A DNA stretch of 64,000 nt from the NCBI GenBank assembly GCA_965219455.1, contig OZ244744.1, forward strand, positions 2,592,001-2,656,000, written 5' to 3'. Under the pieces are notes generated by a model. That model was not told the DNA's origin, searched no databases, and was given only the letters and a program-made list of their open reading frames with translations. This DNA comes from Candidatus Latescibacterota bacterium (lineage in GTDB: Bacteria; Latescibacterota; UBA2968; GCA-2709665). The position numbers and the translations under genes are program-made. Positions 39,811-50,098 of this stretch are shown here, piece by piece (the stretch's first letter is position 1; the number at the start of each line of letters is the position of its first letter).

Positions 39811-40045
39811 TAGCGGTCAGCTATCAGCCATTAGCTATCAGCTTGAAGCAAAACCGAAAGACAAACAGCAATCAGCGGTCAGCGGTCAGCGGTCAGCCAA
39901 AAGAAATAGGCGAGAACCAGATTCAAAATCCACTTCTCCCCAAATTCCCTGCCTTCGGCGGGACAGAGAATCCTCACACGAAGACACAAAGGGAAAACCG
40001 GAAATCGCGACAAGGCGGGCAACCACAAGGGTTGCCCCTACAAAT
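39811..40045. repeat. AGCNNTC heptamer runs and one GTAG-type REP
   Basis: agcggtc/agctatc tandems at 39812-39843 and 39868-39898; gggcaaccacaagggttgcccctac at 40017-40041. Confidence 0.8.
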
Positions 40046-40572
40046 TCAACAACGTCGCAAAGCATCCAGCGATAGGCGGTACGATTGCAAATCCACGCGG
40101 CGGTCCATGGGGGTATACCTCACGTCCGACCGGTGGCGTGGGGGGTTTTTCCACGCTAATCCGTCCGGCATTGAAGCACGTGGGTATCTAATCGCACGAA
40201 GGGCACAATCGCTCGTCTACGCCACTAAAGAGATTCGTGGAAAAACCGGCCCCGCGCCGAGCGGCGCCGTTCTTTTTGGTCCTTTCTCTTGGCGTACAAG
40301 AAAAAGGACAAAGAAAAATAAGAATTGGAGGGAAGTGGTGAAGATTCTGATTTTCCCCAAATCGCCTTTGGTTTCCCAATGAATACTAAACCCATTACGA
40401 TAAGAAATACGCGAGACACCTAAAGCGCAAGCCCTAAACCTGACCTCTACGTGAGCCCGTCGACCAGCACGGTCGGCGGCAAATAAGGAAAGCGGCTCTT
40501 TTCAGCATACGCGATGGATCTTGAATACCGACATCACATTTCGTAAATTGACACCATCGAAAGGAGACCCCC

Positions 40573-42897
40573 ATGGACCTATCCATGTTCAAGGACGACG
40601 CCATTGAGTCCGAATGGACCCTGTCCGATGCCGAACAGGGTGAACAGATCAATCTCCCAATGGAAGCCGGCGACTGGATCCGGGCGAACGAGATCCGCGC
40701 CGAGATCTACCTGCCTGAAGGGGTAGACGACCAGATCTACTGCACCCTCACGTCAGGACATCGCACCGAAGGCATGAGCCAGGACGACGGCTATTGGTTC
40801 AACGCCATCGTCTCCCCCCGCGGCGGCAACGTCTGGCGGGGCTGGCGCGAGTTCCGTTTCCCCGCAGAGTGTTTCTATACCGCCGGAATCCCGACCGCGG
40901 GGTGGGGCGATATGTCCTCGGGAGAGGTCCGTCTACCGCCCGGAAGCCGGATCCGAAACGTCCGCCTGGTCCGGCGCCGGATCGTCCAGGGTCCGCGCAT
41001 GACCGATGAGGCCCTCATCGCCGCGGTCGATCTGAGCCATCCGGGACTCGAAACCGCGGCTCGGGCAACCGGCAGCGAAGCCCGGCTGTCGGCAATCGCG
41101 GCGCACTTCCGCTCCAGCGCCTTCGACCGGCGGCACACGACACCCGATCCCTCGCCCGATGCCGACCTTGAAGAGGCGGACCGTATCCTGGCCGGTTACA
41201 TCATGGACCACCACTGGCCCGACGGCGTGGACTGGGACGCCAATCCCTACGGATATATCGAGTGGTCCATCATCATCCACGCTTTCTACTATTTCAAATC
41301 ACTTGAACTCGCCTGGGAAAAGACCCGGGACCCGAAATACGTGAAAGGTATCGAAGCCATCCTGTGCGACTGGATGCGCAAAACTCCCTTGCCCGTCGGC
41401 GTACGTGCCGGCGGCCTGGCCTGGGGGCACTCTCTGATTGTGAGCATGCGGGGGTTCAACACGCTCGTGGACGCATTCACCGTGCTTTGCGACTGTCCGG
41501 AAACCGAAGACCGGACGATCCTGGACCTGCTCAAATCCGTCTACGAGCACGCCGTCTACCTCCTGAAATTCGAGTCCTTCCCACCCTCCAACAAAACCAT
41601 ATCGGAAGGCAGGTCTCTGCTCGCCACGGCCTGCTCCTTCCCCGAATTTCAAGAGGCCGAAGCCTGGTACGACGCAGCCAGCCGGCGTCTTATGGACGAC
41701 ATGAACATCCAGGTGATGCCGGACGGGGCCTCGTACGAACTCACCCCGGGCTATCAGATCTCAATCGCCTCGTGGTTCCTCGATGCCTATAAAGTGGCCG
41801 GGAAGTTCGGCCGGTCACTGGATCCGGAACTGGAAGCCGGCATCCGGCGCATGTACGACTGGTGCGTCTCCATCAACCGGCCCGACTTCTCCTGCCCCTC
41901 CATTTCCGACGCCGGCAGCCTGGACGGAAAATACGGAGGCGCGCTCTCCGGCCCGGGCGCCATTCTCAACGACGAAGAAGCCACCTGGATTGCCAGCGAT
42001 GGTGAAAAAGGCAGCGCGCCGGCCTACACCTCGATCGCCCGCCGGGACTCCGGTTACTTCGTCATGCGCAGCGGCTGGGATCGAGACGCCCGCTACCTCC
42101 TGTTCGAAGGAGGCCCGTTCGGTCGTTTTCACCAGCACGAAGACATGCTCTCCTTCGATCTCTACGCCCACGGCCTGCCCTTCATCGTGGACCCCGGTAT
42201 TACGTCGTACTACCCGAATGCGTGGACCTCGTTCTACAGGACAACCGAAGCGCACAACACGGTACTGGTGGACGGCTGCGGCCAGAACCGCCGGGCCCGT
42301 ACCATCCCGGAATGGGTTGAGTCCGCCCGGGACAAGACCGTGTGGCGCTCGGATGACCGCTCCGACGTCGCCATCGCCACATACGATGCCGGGTATGCCG
42401 GGTTGGACGCGTCCGTCGCCCACCGCCGGATTGTCATGTTCGTCAAGCCCGATTACTTCCTGATTTTCGATGAACTCACGGGCGAAGGCCGCCGCACCTA
42501 TGAAGCCCTCTTCCACTTCATGCCCTACCGGGTGCTGATCGACCCGGACACCCGCGCCGTCCGTACGGGCCGGATGAATCCGCCCAATCTGGAAATCCTT
42601 CCCCTCGTCAAAATGACGCCCCACGTCGTCTGCGGCCAGAACGATCCTGTACAGGGTTGGCTCGCGATCGGCGGGCAGGATGTTCCGGCGCCGGTCGTCG
42701 TCTACAAGAAACGCACGGCGCTGCCCTTCCGGACCGGCTACGCCCTCGTGCCTTTCACGGACGGCGTCAGCGCAGGCGTCACTCCGCGGATCACCCGCCG
42801 GGGCGAGGCCTGGAACGTACGCCTCGCCCATCCCGACGGCAAAGTGGATCGGATCCGGATGGACTGGTCCGACAGCAACGGACCGGTACTGATCTAG
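40573..42897 (+). CDS. Heparinase II/III-family polysaccharide lyase
   Basis: SGYFVMRSGW, HQHEDMLSFDLY, IVDPG, HNTVLVDG; alpha-toroid N-terminal part. Confidence 0.88.
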   Translation: MDLSMFKDDAIESEWTLSDAEQGEQINLPMEAGDWIRANEIRAEIYLPEGVDDQIYCTLTSGHRTEGMSQDDGYWFNAIVSPRGGNVWRGWREFRFPAECFYTAGIPTAGWGDMSSGEVRLPPGSRIRNVRLVRRRIVQGPRMTDEALIAAVDLSHPGLETAARATGSEARLSAIAAHFRSSAFDRRHTTPDPSPDADLEEADRILAGYIMDHHWPDGVDWDANPYGYIEWSIIIHAFYYFKSLELAWEKTRDPKYVKGIEAILCDWMRKTPLPVGVRAGGLAWGHSLIVSMRGFNTLVDAFTVLCDCPETEDRTILDLLKSVYEHAVYLLKFESFPPSNKTISEGRSLLATACSFPEFQEAEAWYDAASRRLMDDMNIQVMPDGASYELTPGYQISIASWFLDAYKVAGKFGRSLDPELEAGIRRMYDWCVSINRPDFSCPSISDAGSLDGKYGGALSGPGAILNDEEATWIASDGEKGSAPAYTSIARRDSGYFVMRSGWDRDARYLLFEGGPFGRFHQHEDMLSFDLYAHGLPFIVDPGITSYYPNAWTSFYRTTEAHNTVLVDGCGQNRRARTIPEWVESARDKTVWRSDDRSDVAIATYDAGYAGLDASVAHRRIVMFVKPDYFLIFDELTGEGRRTYEALFHFMPYRVLIDPDTRAVRTGRMNPPNLEILPLVKMTPHVVCGQNDPVQGWLAIGGQDVPAPVVVYKKRTALPFRTGYALVPFTDGVSAGVTPRITRRGEAWNVRLAHPDGKVDRIRMDWSDSNGPVLI

Positions 42898-42950
42898 TCG
42901 TTCTATTGCGCCACGTGAAAAAACTCGATACCCGACAAAGGAGGAAGAGA

Positions 42951-43142
42951 ATGAAAATGCAAAAGTACATTTACTGGCAAGACGACCCTATGTTTCTGGG
43001 ATATCTTGAAGCGTATCCCGACTATTGGACGCAAGGCGAATCCATTGATGAGTTGAAGGCGAATCTGATCGACATTTACAACGAACTCACGGGCGGCGCC
43101 ATTTCCTGTGTGCGCCGGGTTGCTGAGCTACAGGTATCATGA
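42951..43142 (+). CDS. hicB: Short HicB-like antitoxin
   Basis: YWQDD..FLGYLEAYPDYWTQGESIDELKANL; RBS AGGAGG. Confidence 0.85.
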   Translation: MKMQKYIYWQDDPMFLGYLEAYPDYWTQGESIDELKANLIDIYNELTGGAISCVRRVAELQVS

Positions 43143-43228
43143 AAAGACGAGACTTGATAAACGAACTAAAGGATCCGGGCTGTGTGTTTTTTCGACATGG
43201 GCGTAGATTAATAGATCCATTGGAATAA
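43139..43228 (+). pseudogene. hicA: Truncated HicA toxin
   Basis: ATGA overlap with hicB; MKRRDLINELKDPGCVFFRHG, then diverges and stops at 29 aa. Confidence 0.75.
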
Positions 43229-43248
43229 AATGCATTGGAGAGTCCGAC

Positions 43249-44559
43249 ATGCTGAGGCGAATACAGATCCGAGGATATAAGTCTCTTGACGACGTCGAAG
43301 TGTCTCTATCGCAGCTGGTCGTGCTATTCGGACCAAATGCCGCCGGTAAGAGCAACTTGCTCGACGCCTTGCAGTTACTGTCGAAGCTGGGGACAAGTCG
43401 GACGGTCAAAGAAGCGTTTGATCCTCCCTATCGAGGGAAACCGCTAGAGTCCTTTACCATCGGAAAAAACGGCATCAAGGGTCTACTCGAACAGGAAAGA
43501 CTGTCGTTCTCCATTGAAGCGGACCTTAGCTTGTCCGCCGCGGTTGTCGAGACTGTGAATCGCCAGATTCTGGAAATGCGTCGTCCAAGCGTCGAGGCCG
43601 AGTTCAAATCCGGGGGGAAAATCCCTGCCCGGGTGCGTGAAACATATCTCCGATACCGCATTGAGATAGAGATGCTGCCAAAATCTGGTGTTCTGCGCGT
43701 AGCTGATGAATACTTGGCTGCATTGAATGCCGATGGGCAACCCACCGGAAAACGCAGGCCATTTATCGAACGCCAGGATCAGAAGATACACCTGCGCTTG
43801 GAGGGACAGGCGCATCCCACCTATTACGATCGTTTCCTTGACCACAGCGTTCTCTCGATGCCACATTATCCGCCTCACTATCCGCACCTGGCGGCGGCTC
43901 GGCGTGAGTTGGAGAGTTGGCTGTTCTTTTACTTCGAACCTCGCGAACGTATGAGGGCCGCGAATCCAGTAAAAGAGGTACGACACATCGGTTTGATGGG
44001 CGAAGAACTCGCCGCCTTTCTGAATACAATGAAAGCAACCGATGCCAAGCAATTCAAGGGCGTCGAAAAAGCTCTACGCGCATTGATGCCCAACATCGAA
44101 GGAATCGAGGTAGAAGTGAGCGGTCTCGGAGAGGTGGAACTGAGACTTAAGGAAGGGGGTGTTGCAATTCCGGCTCGAGTGCTCTCAGAAGGAACCTTGA
44201 GGATGCTTGGACTTCTGGCCCTCTCTGGCGTTGCCGACACCCCTGCATTGGTCGGATTTGAAGAGCCGGAGAATGGCATTCACCCGCGCCGCATCCAGTT
44301 GATCGCGGAATTGCTCAAGACTCAGGAGGTCCTGAACCAGACTCAACATATCATTACCACCCACTCACCGATCCTGCCCGACCTGATTGATGACGACTCC
44401 CTGTTTGCGGTCCGGCGCCTTAACAGGCAAACTCGCATTGATCCGTTCTCTTCGTGGGGGTCACTGGCGAGACGCAATGATATCAGCCAGGCGCTATCCG
44501 ACGATGAAGACGGACTCCCGGTTTCAGCACGCATTCTGAGAGGGGATTTCGATGCGTGA
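43249..44559 (+). CDS. ABC-type AAA ATPase (AAA_21/RecF-like)
   Basis: GYKSL, GPNAAGKSN, LSEGT, FEEPENGIHP, ITTHSP. Confidence 0.92.
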   Translation: MLRRIQIRGYKSLDDVEVSLSQLVVLFGPNAAGKSNLLDALQLLSKLGTSRTVKEAFDPPYRGKPLESFTIGKNGIKGLLEQERLSFSIEADLSLSAAVVETVNRQILEMRRPSVEAEFKSGGKIPARVRETYLRYRIEIEMLPKSGVLRVADEYLAALNADGQPTGKRRPFIERQDQKIHLRLEGQAHPTYYDRFLDHSVLSMPHYPPHYPHLAAARRELESWLFFYFEPRERMRAANPVKEVRHIGLMGEELAAFLNTMKATDAKQFKGVEKALRALMPNIEGIEVEVSGLGEVELRLKEGGVAIPARVLSEGTLRMLGLLALSGVADTPALVGFEEPENGIHPRRIQLIAELLKTQEVLNQTQHIITTHSPILPDLIDDDSLFAVRRLNRQTRIDPFSSWGSLARRNDISQALSDDEDGLPVSARILRGDFDA

Positions 44560-45154
44560 AATCGCGCTTTTTGCCGAGGACTACGCACATCAGCTTGTCA
44601 TAGGCGCCCTCGTCAGCAGGGTCGCCGGCGAATACAACATCGATGTGCGTCTGGACTGGCGGAGCGCAGTAGGCGGCTATGGGAGAGTCATTACCGAATA
44701 CAACAACTATATACGTGACCTTATACGGCAAGGGAACCCACGACCCGATGTGATCGTCGTCGCTACAGACGCCAACTGCAAAGGACTTAACGAGCGAACG
44801 CGGGAGATTATCGACCGAGGAGAACTCGCAACAATGATCCATGCCATTCCCGATCCGCATATCGAGCGTTGGCTTCTACTCGATGGATCGGCATTCAAGG
44901 CCGTGTTTGGAATGGGGTGCGATGCACCCGATCAGAAATGTGATCGCAGACGATATAAGCGACGTTTGATTGAGGCCATTCGTGACACGGGAACGATTCC
45001 CAGACTTGGGGGCATCGAATACGCGGAAGACATCGTACAGCACATGAACATCAAGCGGGTAGCACGATCGGACCGATCTTTTCGGCGTTTCGTCGAGGCT
45101 CTGCGCAACACATTTCAGGAATGGAGACTCCAAACCCGAACATCCAGCATATAG
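44552..45154 (+). CDS. DUF4276-like (TOPRIM-like) partner of the ATPase
   Basis: LFAED, VVATDAN, IERWLL motifs; overlaps the ATPase end. Confidence 0.7.
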   Translation: MREIALFAEDYAHQLVIGALVSRVAGEYNIDVRLDWRSAVGGYGRVITEYNNYIRDLIRQGNPRPDVIVVATDANCKGLNERTREIIDRGELATMIHAIPDPHIERWLLLDGSAFKAVFGMGCDAPDQKCDRRRYKRRLIEAIRDTGTIPRLGGIEYAEDIVQHMNIKRVARSDRSFRRFVEALRNTFQEWRLQTRTSSI

Positions 45155-45250
45155 TTGAAATCGCTTTTCCCTGGGTGGGCGTATGTTGAAATTGGAGTCG
45201 CAACACTCAGGGGACTGTTAACCGGTAATATCTGGCCTGGAGGGAAATCA

Positions 45251-46927
45251 ATGCTGCCCAACTACGATGTTGACATGCGGCTGGACGTAAAGGTCCCGAT
45301 GCGCGACGGGGTGAATCTTTCGGCCGACATATACCTGCCTCGTGCGCACGGGAGATTTCCAACGGTACTCATGCGCACGCCCTACAGCAATAATGCCGAC
45401 GGGATGGTCGATAAGGCCCGGCGGCTGGCCAATAACGGATACGCCTGCGTCCTCCAGGACTGCCGCGGGCGCTGGGACTCCGAAGGCACCTATTATGCCT
45501 TTCGGGAAGGTGAAGACGGATTCGACACCCAGGAGTGGATCGGAACACAGGAATGGTGCAGCGGCAATATCGGGATGGCCGGCAGTTCCTATGGCGGCGC
45601 CGTACAGTGGCGCAGCGCGCCGTACGGGAATCGTTATCTCAAATGCATGACGCCCCGGGTCATCTGCACCGACTACTACACCGGCCTCGTCCACCCCGGC
45701 GGCGCCTTCCAGCTCAACGTGATGCTTACCTGGGGCATGCGCACCAACGCACGCACCGGCCAGAACATCGAGTTTCACAACTGGACCGAAGCCTTCCGCG
45801 CGTTACCCCTCAACAAAATGGACGAACATGCAGGCCGCGACGTCGATTTCTGGAAAGACTGGGTCGAACACGCCGCTTACGACGACTACTGGGAAGAATT
45901 CAACGATGAAACCAGGTGGGGCGAAATTGCCGCCCCCGCGTTCAATATGGGCGGGTGGTACGACCTCTATGCCGCCCAGACCTTCAGCAACTACAACGGT
46001 CTTCGTCTGAATGGAGGCACGGAAGAGGCAAGGAAGAGCAAACTCATCGTGGGGCCCTGGCCGCATGCCCTCAGCACGTCGCCAAAAACCGGCGACGTCG
46101 ACTTCGGAGCGCCTTCCATGGTCGACCTCGAAAGCCTCGAACAGCGCTGGTTCGATTACTGGCTCAAGGGCATCGACAACGGCATCGTGGACGAACCGCC
46201 GCTGAGGCTGTTCATCATGGGTGTCAACCAGTGGCGAGATGAATGCGAATGGCCCCTGGCGCGAACCCAGTGGCAAAAATGGCAACTGCATTCCGCCGGC
46301 CACGCCAACACGCTGCTTGGCGACGGCTGCCTCTCGACCGATCCACCGGGCCAGGAGCGCCCCGATCATTACACCTATGATCCGCGCTACCCCGCGCCGA
46401 CGATGGGCGGTAACAACTGCTGCTCGCCACATATCGTCCCCTGGGGGCCGCAGGACCAGCGCCCGGCCGAAATGCGGAGCGACGTGCTCTGTTATACCAG
46501 CGACCCTGTGGAAACAGACCTGGAAGTCACGGGACCCGTCAAGGCCGTACTCTACGCCGCCACCGATTGCACGGACACGGACTGGACCGCCAAACTGGTG
46601 GACGTATCCCCCTCCGGGTACGCCATGAACCTCTGCGACGGCATCCTGAGAGCCCGTTTTCGTGAAGGCTTTGCCAGCCCATCCCTGCTCGAACCCGGCA
46701 GCGTCTACGCCTATGAAATCGACCTGGGCGTCACGGGAAACGTCTTCAAAAAAGGTCACCGCATCCGCCTCGAGATCTCGTCTTCCAACTTTCCGCGGTT
46801 CGACCGCAATCTCAACACGGGCCGCAGCCTGGGAAGCGAGACCGAAATGCGCCAGGCCCATCAGACCGTCCATCACTCAAAAGCATATCCGTCCCACATC
46901 GTCCTGCCGGTTATTCCGGCCACGTAA
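45251..46927 (+). CDS. CocE/NonD family serine hydrolase
   Basis: VPMRDGVNL, RTPY, GSSYGG, GGWYD, GPWPH, SSSNFPRFDRN. Confidence 0.93.
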   Translation: MLPNYDVDMRLDVKVPMRDGVNLSADIYLPRAHGRFPTVLMRTPYSNNADGMVDKARRLANNGYACVLQDCRGRWDSEGTYYAFREGEDGFDTQEWIGTQEWCSGNIGMAGSSYGGAVQWRSAPYGNRYLKCMTPRVICTDYYTGLVHPGGAFQLNVMLTWGMRTNARTGQNIEFHNWTEAFRALPLNKMDEHAGRDVDFWKDWVEHAAYDDYWEEFNDETRWGEIAAPAFNMGGWYDLYAAQTFSNYNGLRLNGGTEEARKSKLIVGPWPHALSTSPKTGDVDFGAPSMVDLESLEQRWFDYWLKGIDNGIVDEPPLRLFIMGVNQWRDECEWPLARTQWQKWQLHSAGHANTLLGDGCLSTDPPGQERPDHYTYDPRYPAPTMGGNNCCSPHIVPWGPQDQRPAEMRSDVLCYTSDPVETDLEVTGPVKAVLYAATDCTDTDWTAKLVDVSPSGYAMNLCDGILRARFREGFASPSLLEPGSVYAYEIDLGVTGNVFKKGHRIRLEISSSNFPRFDRNLNTGRSLGSETEMRQAHQTVHHSKAYPSHIVLPVIPAT

Positions 46928-47011
46928 CTGTCAAGACCCTTCAAGGCGCCCGGCTGGGGCGTGGCTGGCGATGCCGTCCCGACCCGGCGCGCATGAACAG
47001 GATTTCCAGAC

Positions 47012-48400
47012 ATGCCCGAACCCCATCTCGTCATTGCCATCCCCAAAAAGAGCTTCGGCTTCGTTCCCGGCCAGCGGATTTCCATAGACATTCATGTCAA
47101 CGGGCTGGACAAACAGACGGTCCGCGTCCGGTTCGCTGTCAACGATCCTCTCGGCGCCACGCGGCTCTCATTCCGCGATGTAGACCGGGACCTGGACGGC
47201 GAGCACTCTGTCCTCCCGTTCCACTGCGACCTGGAACCCGATTTTCCGCCTGGCGCATATCTCATCACCGCGCAGGTCCTCTCGGAATTGCAGAATACCA
47301 GGGCAATCGCCACCGAATCCTTTGAGGTGGTCGTGCCCGGGCGCCGCCTGTCCGACGGCTTCCCGGTTGCGCCCCGGGACTGCATCGTCGACGCTTCGTG
47401 TGCCTTTGAACCCGTTGACCCGGAGACGCTCGCGGCGGCGTTTCATACGGCCCATACAGCCTGCCAACGCTGCCGCAACGCGGACGGGGGCTGGGGCAAG
47501 GACCCGAACCTCGCAAAACCCGCGTACCGCTGGCCCGCGAATGTCACCCTGGGTTATCTGTACGGGTACGAAGCGCTCGGTGACGTGCAATACAAAAGGC
47601 TGGCTCTCGGCGGCCTGGACTATCTCCTTGCCGAACAGGATAGGAACGGCGCCTTCCGCTGGTGGTACAAAGGCGTTTCGGGCGGCGTGATGAACCAACG
47701 CGATAACTTCTATGACACGGGCTGGGCCGGGCTGGCCCTTGCAGAGGGCTTTCGCGTTACGGGCGAGGAGAAATACCTCGATGCCGTTCGAAGGGCCGCC
47801 GACTGGACGATGACCTGCCCCTTTACCGGGAACAACAATTACGATGCATTCGCCCTCTGGTTTCTCTCCCTGCTGTATACTTTCACCGGCGAAGACAAAT
47901 ACCTGGAGACGGCCATCTGGCGTACCCGAGGCGGCGTCTTCTTTGCGCAGCTTCCCCGGGGCGGTTGGCCGGGTCACAATTTCCATATCGGCTATCAATC
48001 CATTACCGCCAATGGCCTCGCCTCCCTGTACGACGTCCTCCCCCGGGACCATTCCTTTTCCAAGCCGCTCAGGGACCGACTCTGTGCAGCCCTCAATTTC
48101 GCGACCTTCCTTCAGGCGCCAACGGGGGATTATTACGTTGGCTGGGAATATGACCGGGACTTCCGTCTCGACAGCGACGGCAACCCCGTGGGCAACGCAG
48201 GCCCCGCCCGGGCCGAACTCATCCGCGCCTTCTACAAGACCCGCAACCGCGTGCCCGTGCCGCCCAATATCTTCAACGGTCTCTGCCGTTCCACCACGGC
48301 CAGGATCGAGTCCCTGGAGAATCTCACCGGAAGTGAAGAATCAGACCACACCTATCTGATGGATATTGGCACGCTGCTCAAATGGCGCCATAACAGATAA
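47012..48400 (+). CDS. Uncharacterised protein: N-terminal beta domain plus (alpha/alpha)-barrel repeats
   Basis: Repeated Q-x-x-x-G-x-W/F motifs (RNADGGW, QDRNGAF, QLPRGGW, QAPTGDY); TGEEKYL and TGEDKYL. Confidence 0.65.
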   Translation: MPEPHLVIAIPKKSFGFVPGQRISIDIHVNGLDKQTVRVRFAVNDPLGATRLSFRDVDRDLDGEHSVLPFHCDLEPDFPPGAYLITAQVLSELQNTRAIATESFEVVVPGRRLSDGFPVAPRDCIVDASCAFEPVDPETLAAAFHTAHTACQRCRNADGGWGKDPNLAKPAYRWPANVTLGYLYGYEALGDVQYKRLALGGLDYLLAEQDRNGAFRWWYKGVSGGVMNQRDNFYDTGWAGLALAEGFRVTGEEKYLDAVRRAADWTMTCPFTGNNNYDAFALWFLSLLYTFTGEDKYLETAIWRTRGGVFFAQLPRGGWPGHNFHIGYQSITANGLASLYDVLPRDHSFSKPLRDRLCAALNFATFLQAPTGDYYVGWEYDRDFRLDSDGNPVGNAGPARAELIRAFYKTRNRVPVPPNIFNGLCRSTTARIESLENLTGSEESDHTYLMDIGTLLKWRHNR

Positions 48401-48474
48401 GGCACGGCTTTCACCGTGCCTCTGACATCTCCCACCGGGCCTGGGGGCCCACGTCCCGAACGACCGTTCCGTCT

Positions 48475-49371
48475 TTACCTGGGCACCGCTTCAATCTCGA
48501 ACAGCTTGGGCCATCGTTTCCCGGTCACGAACAGGCGCTTCCCCTTTGCATCGTAAGCAATCCCGTTCAACGTGGCATCCGCGGCGAGTCGTTCCCGCCC
48601 CGCCAGCAAGCCAGTCAGGTCGATCCAGCCCACCACCCTGCCGGACTCCGGGTCGATCCTGGCGATCAGGTCCGTTTCCCAGACATTGGCGTAGACTTCG
48701 CCTTCAACGTATTCCAGTTCATTCAGCCGGGTCACCGGCCCCATATCGTCCCGGACCTCAACCCGCCCGACCTCCTCAAACGTTTCGGGATCTTTAAAAT
48801 ACAGCGTCGGCGTCCCATCGCTGACGATCAACCGCCGGCCGTCGTGTGTAATCCCCCACCCCTCGGTGGAATAGGTGAACGACCGCAAGCGTTCGAACCG
48901 TTCCTTATCGTAGACGAATCCGGTCCGCCCCACCCAAGTTAACTGAATGATGTGATTTCCGAATATTGTTATTCCTTCTCCGAAAAACCGGGATTCCAGC
49001 GGATGCATCCGTGTAACCTTGCCTGTTTCCAGTACGATCTTGCGCAACGACGACCGCCCGTACAGCCCCGTTCCCTCGAAAAGAAATCCGCCTTCATACA
49101 CAAGCCCCTGTGTAAATGCGGTGGCGTCGTGCGGATAGGTGCGTATTACGCGGTACGTGTACCACCGCGGCTTCCCTGCGGAGGTCGAGTCCGCCTGTGT
49201 TGAAACCGTACCGTTATTCCGTGCGGACCGGACCTCGCCCACATCCGACGCCGATACACCCACTGCACCCGCCACGCCGAGAACAAACAGCGTAATTCCC
49301 GGCAGACGGCAAAGGCACCGGAAAATTCGGAAAGGCAAATGATCGGTTGTGCTCCGGGACTGTAAGGTCAT
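48475..49371 (-). CDS. Glutaminyl-peptide cyclotransferase (plant/bacterial type); start uncertain
   Basis: PHDATAFTQGL, FFGEG, EGWG, LNELE, LNGIA, TGKRW. Confidence 0.92.
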   Translation of the reverse strand: MTLQSRSTTDHLPFRIFRCLCRLPGITLFVLGVAGAVGVSASDVGEVRSARNNGTVSTQADSTSAGKPRWYTYRVIRTYPHDATAFTQGLVYEGGFLFEGTGLYGRSSLRKIVLETGKVTRMHPLESRFFGEGITIFGNHIIQLTWVGRTGFVYDKERFERLRSFTYSTEGWGITHDGRRLIVSDGTPTLYFKDPETFEEVGRVEVRDDMGPVTRLNELEYVEGEVYANVWETDLIARIDPESGRVVGWIDLTGLLAGRERLAADATLNGIAYDAKGKRLFVTGKRWPKLFEIEAVPR

Positions 49372-49404
49372 TTGATAGACCGGGCAGAACCGCTGCGCGG
49401 TATC

Positions 49405-49606
49405 TGTAGGGGCGACCGGCCGGTCGCCCCTACAAAACGGAAACACCTTTGAATTAACATCGACTGTCCGCATCGCTGACGGCTGTCTGTTGGACGCTAA
49501 AGACAGGGCGGTTCGCGAACCGCCCCTACAAAAACCAGACATCCGTAAATTGCCATCGCTGGGCCGTATTGCCGACCGCTGTAAGCTGATTGCTGACCGC
49601 CGACAG
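49405..49606. repeat. GTAG-type REPs and GCTGA heptamers
   Basis: gtaggggcgaccggccggtcgcccctac at 49406-49433; agggcggttcgcgaaccgcccctac at 49505-49529. Confidence 0.8.
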
Positions 49607-50098
49607 CTATCTGCTGCCCGCTATCCCTTGAGGCGCAGAAGGATCGCCTTCAATCCATTCTTCTCCGTCCGTCCAGACTTCTTTTTTCCAGATGGGCACC
49701 GTTTCCTTCAGTCGGTCAATCGCGTAGTGACAGGCCGCCAGGGCCGCTTTCCGGTGCGGCGCGGAAATCGCAATCAACACACTCGTCTCGCCGATTTCCA
49801 ATCGACCCATCCGATGCAGCATGCCCACCCGGTCCACGTCCCACTTCTCCTTCACCTCCCGGCCAATCTCCTCCATCTTCTTCTCGGCCATGTCTTTATA
49901 GGCATCGTACACCAGATACCTGGTCGGGCGGCCCATCGCATGGTCTCGCACCACCCCGGCGAACGTCGCCACCGCGCCATCCGAATCTCTCAGCACAGCG
50001 TCGTGCAGCGCGTCGGCCGGTATGGGGTCTTCCAGGATACGGTACAGATCACCGGACATGCGATCGTCCCTTCTGCGATTGACCTTTTTCAACGCCAT
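49607..50098 (-). CDS. moaE: Molybdopterin synthase catalytic subunit (start may be 50059)
   Basis: GAVATFAGVVRD, HRMGRLEIGE, HRKAA, LKETVPIWKKE. Confidence 0.93.
   Translation of the reverse strand: MALKKVNRRRDDRMSGDLYRILEDPIPADALHDAVLRDSDGAVATFAGVVRDHAMGRPTRYLVYDAYKDMAEKKMEEIGREVKEKWDVDRVGMLHRMGRLEIGETSVLIAISAPHRKAALAACHYAIDRLKETVPIWKKEVWTDGEEWIEGDPSAPQGIAGSR

Noticed and set aside
45155-45250. Extended N-termini of the CocE, tmk, P7, BNR and glutaminyl cyclase ORFs
   Set aside because: Homology and RBS positions favour downstream starts; some extensions run through repeats
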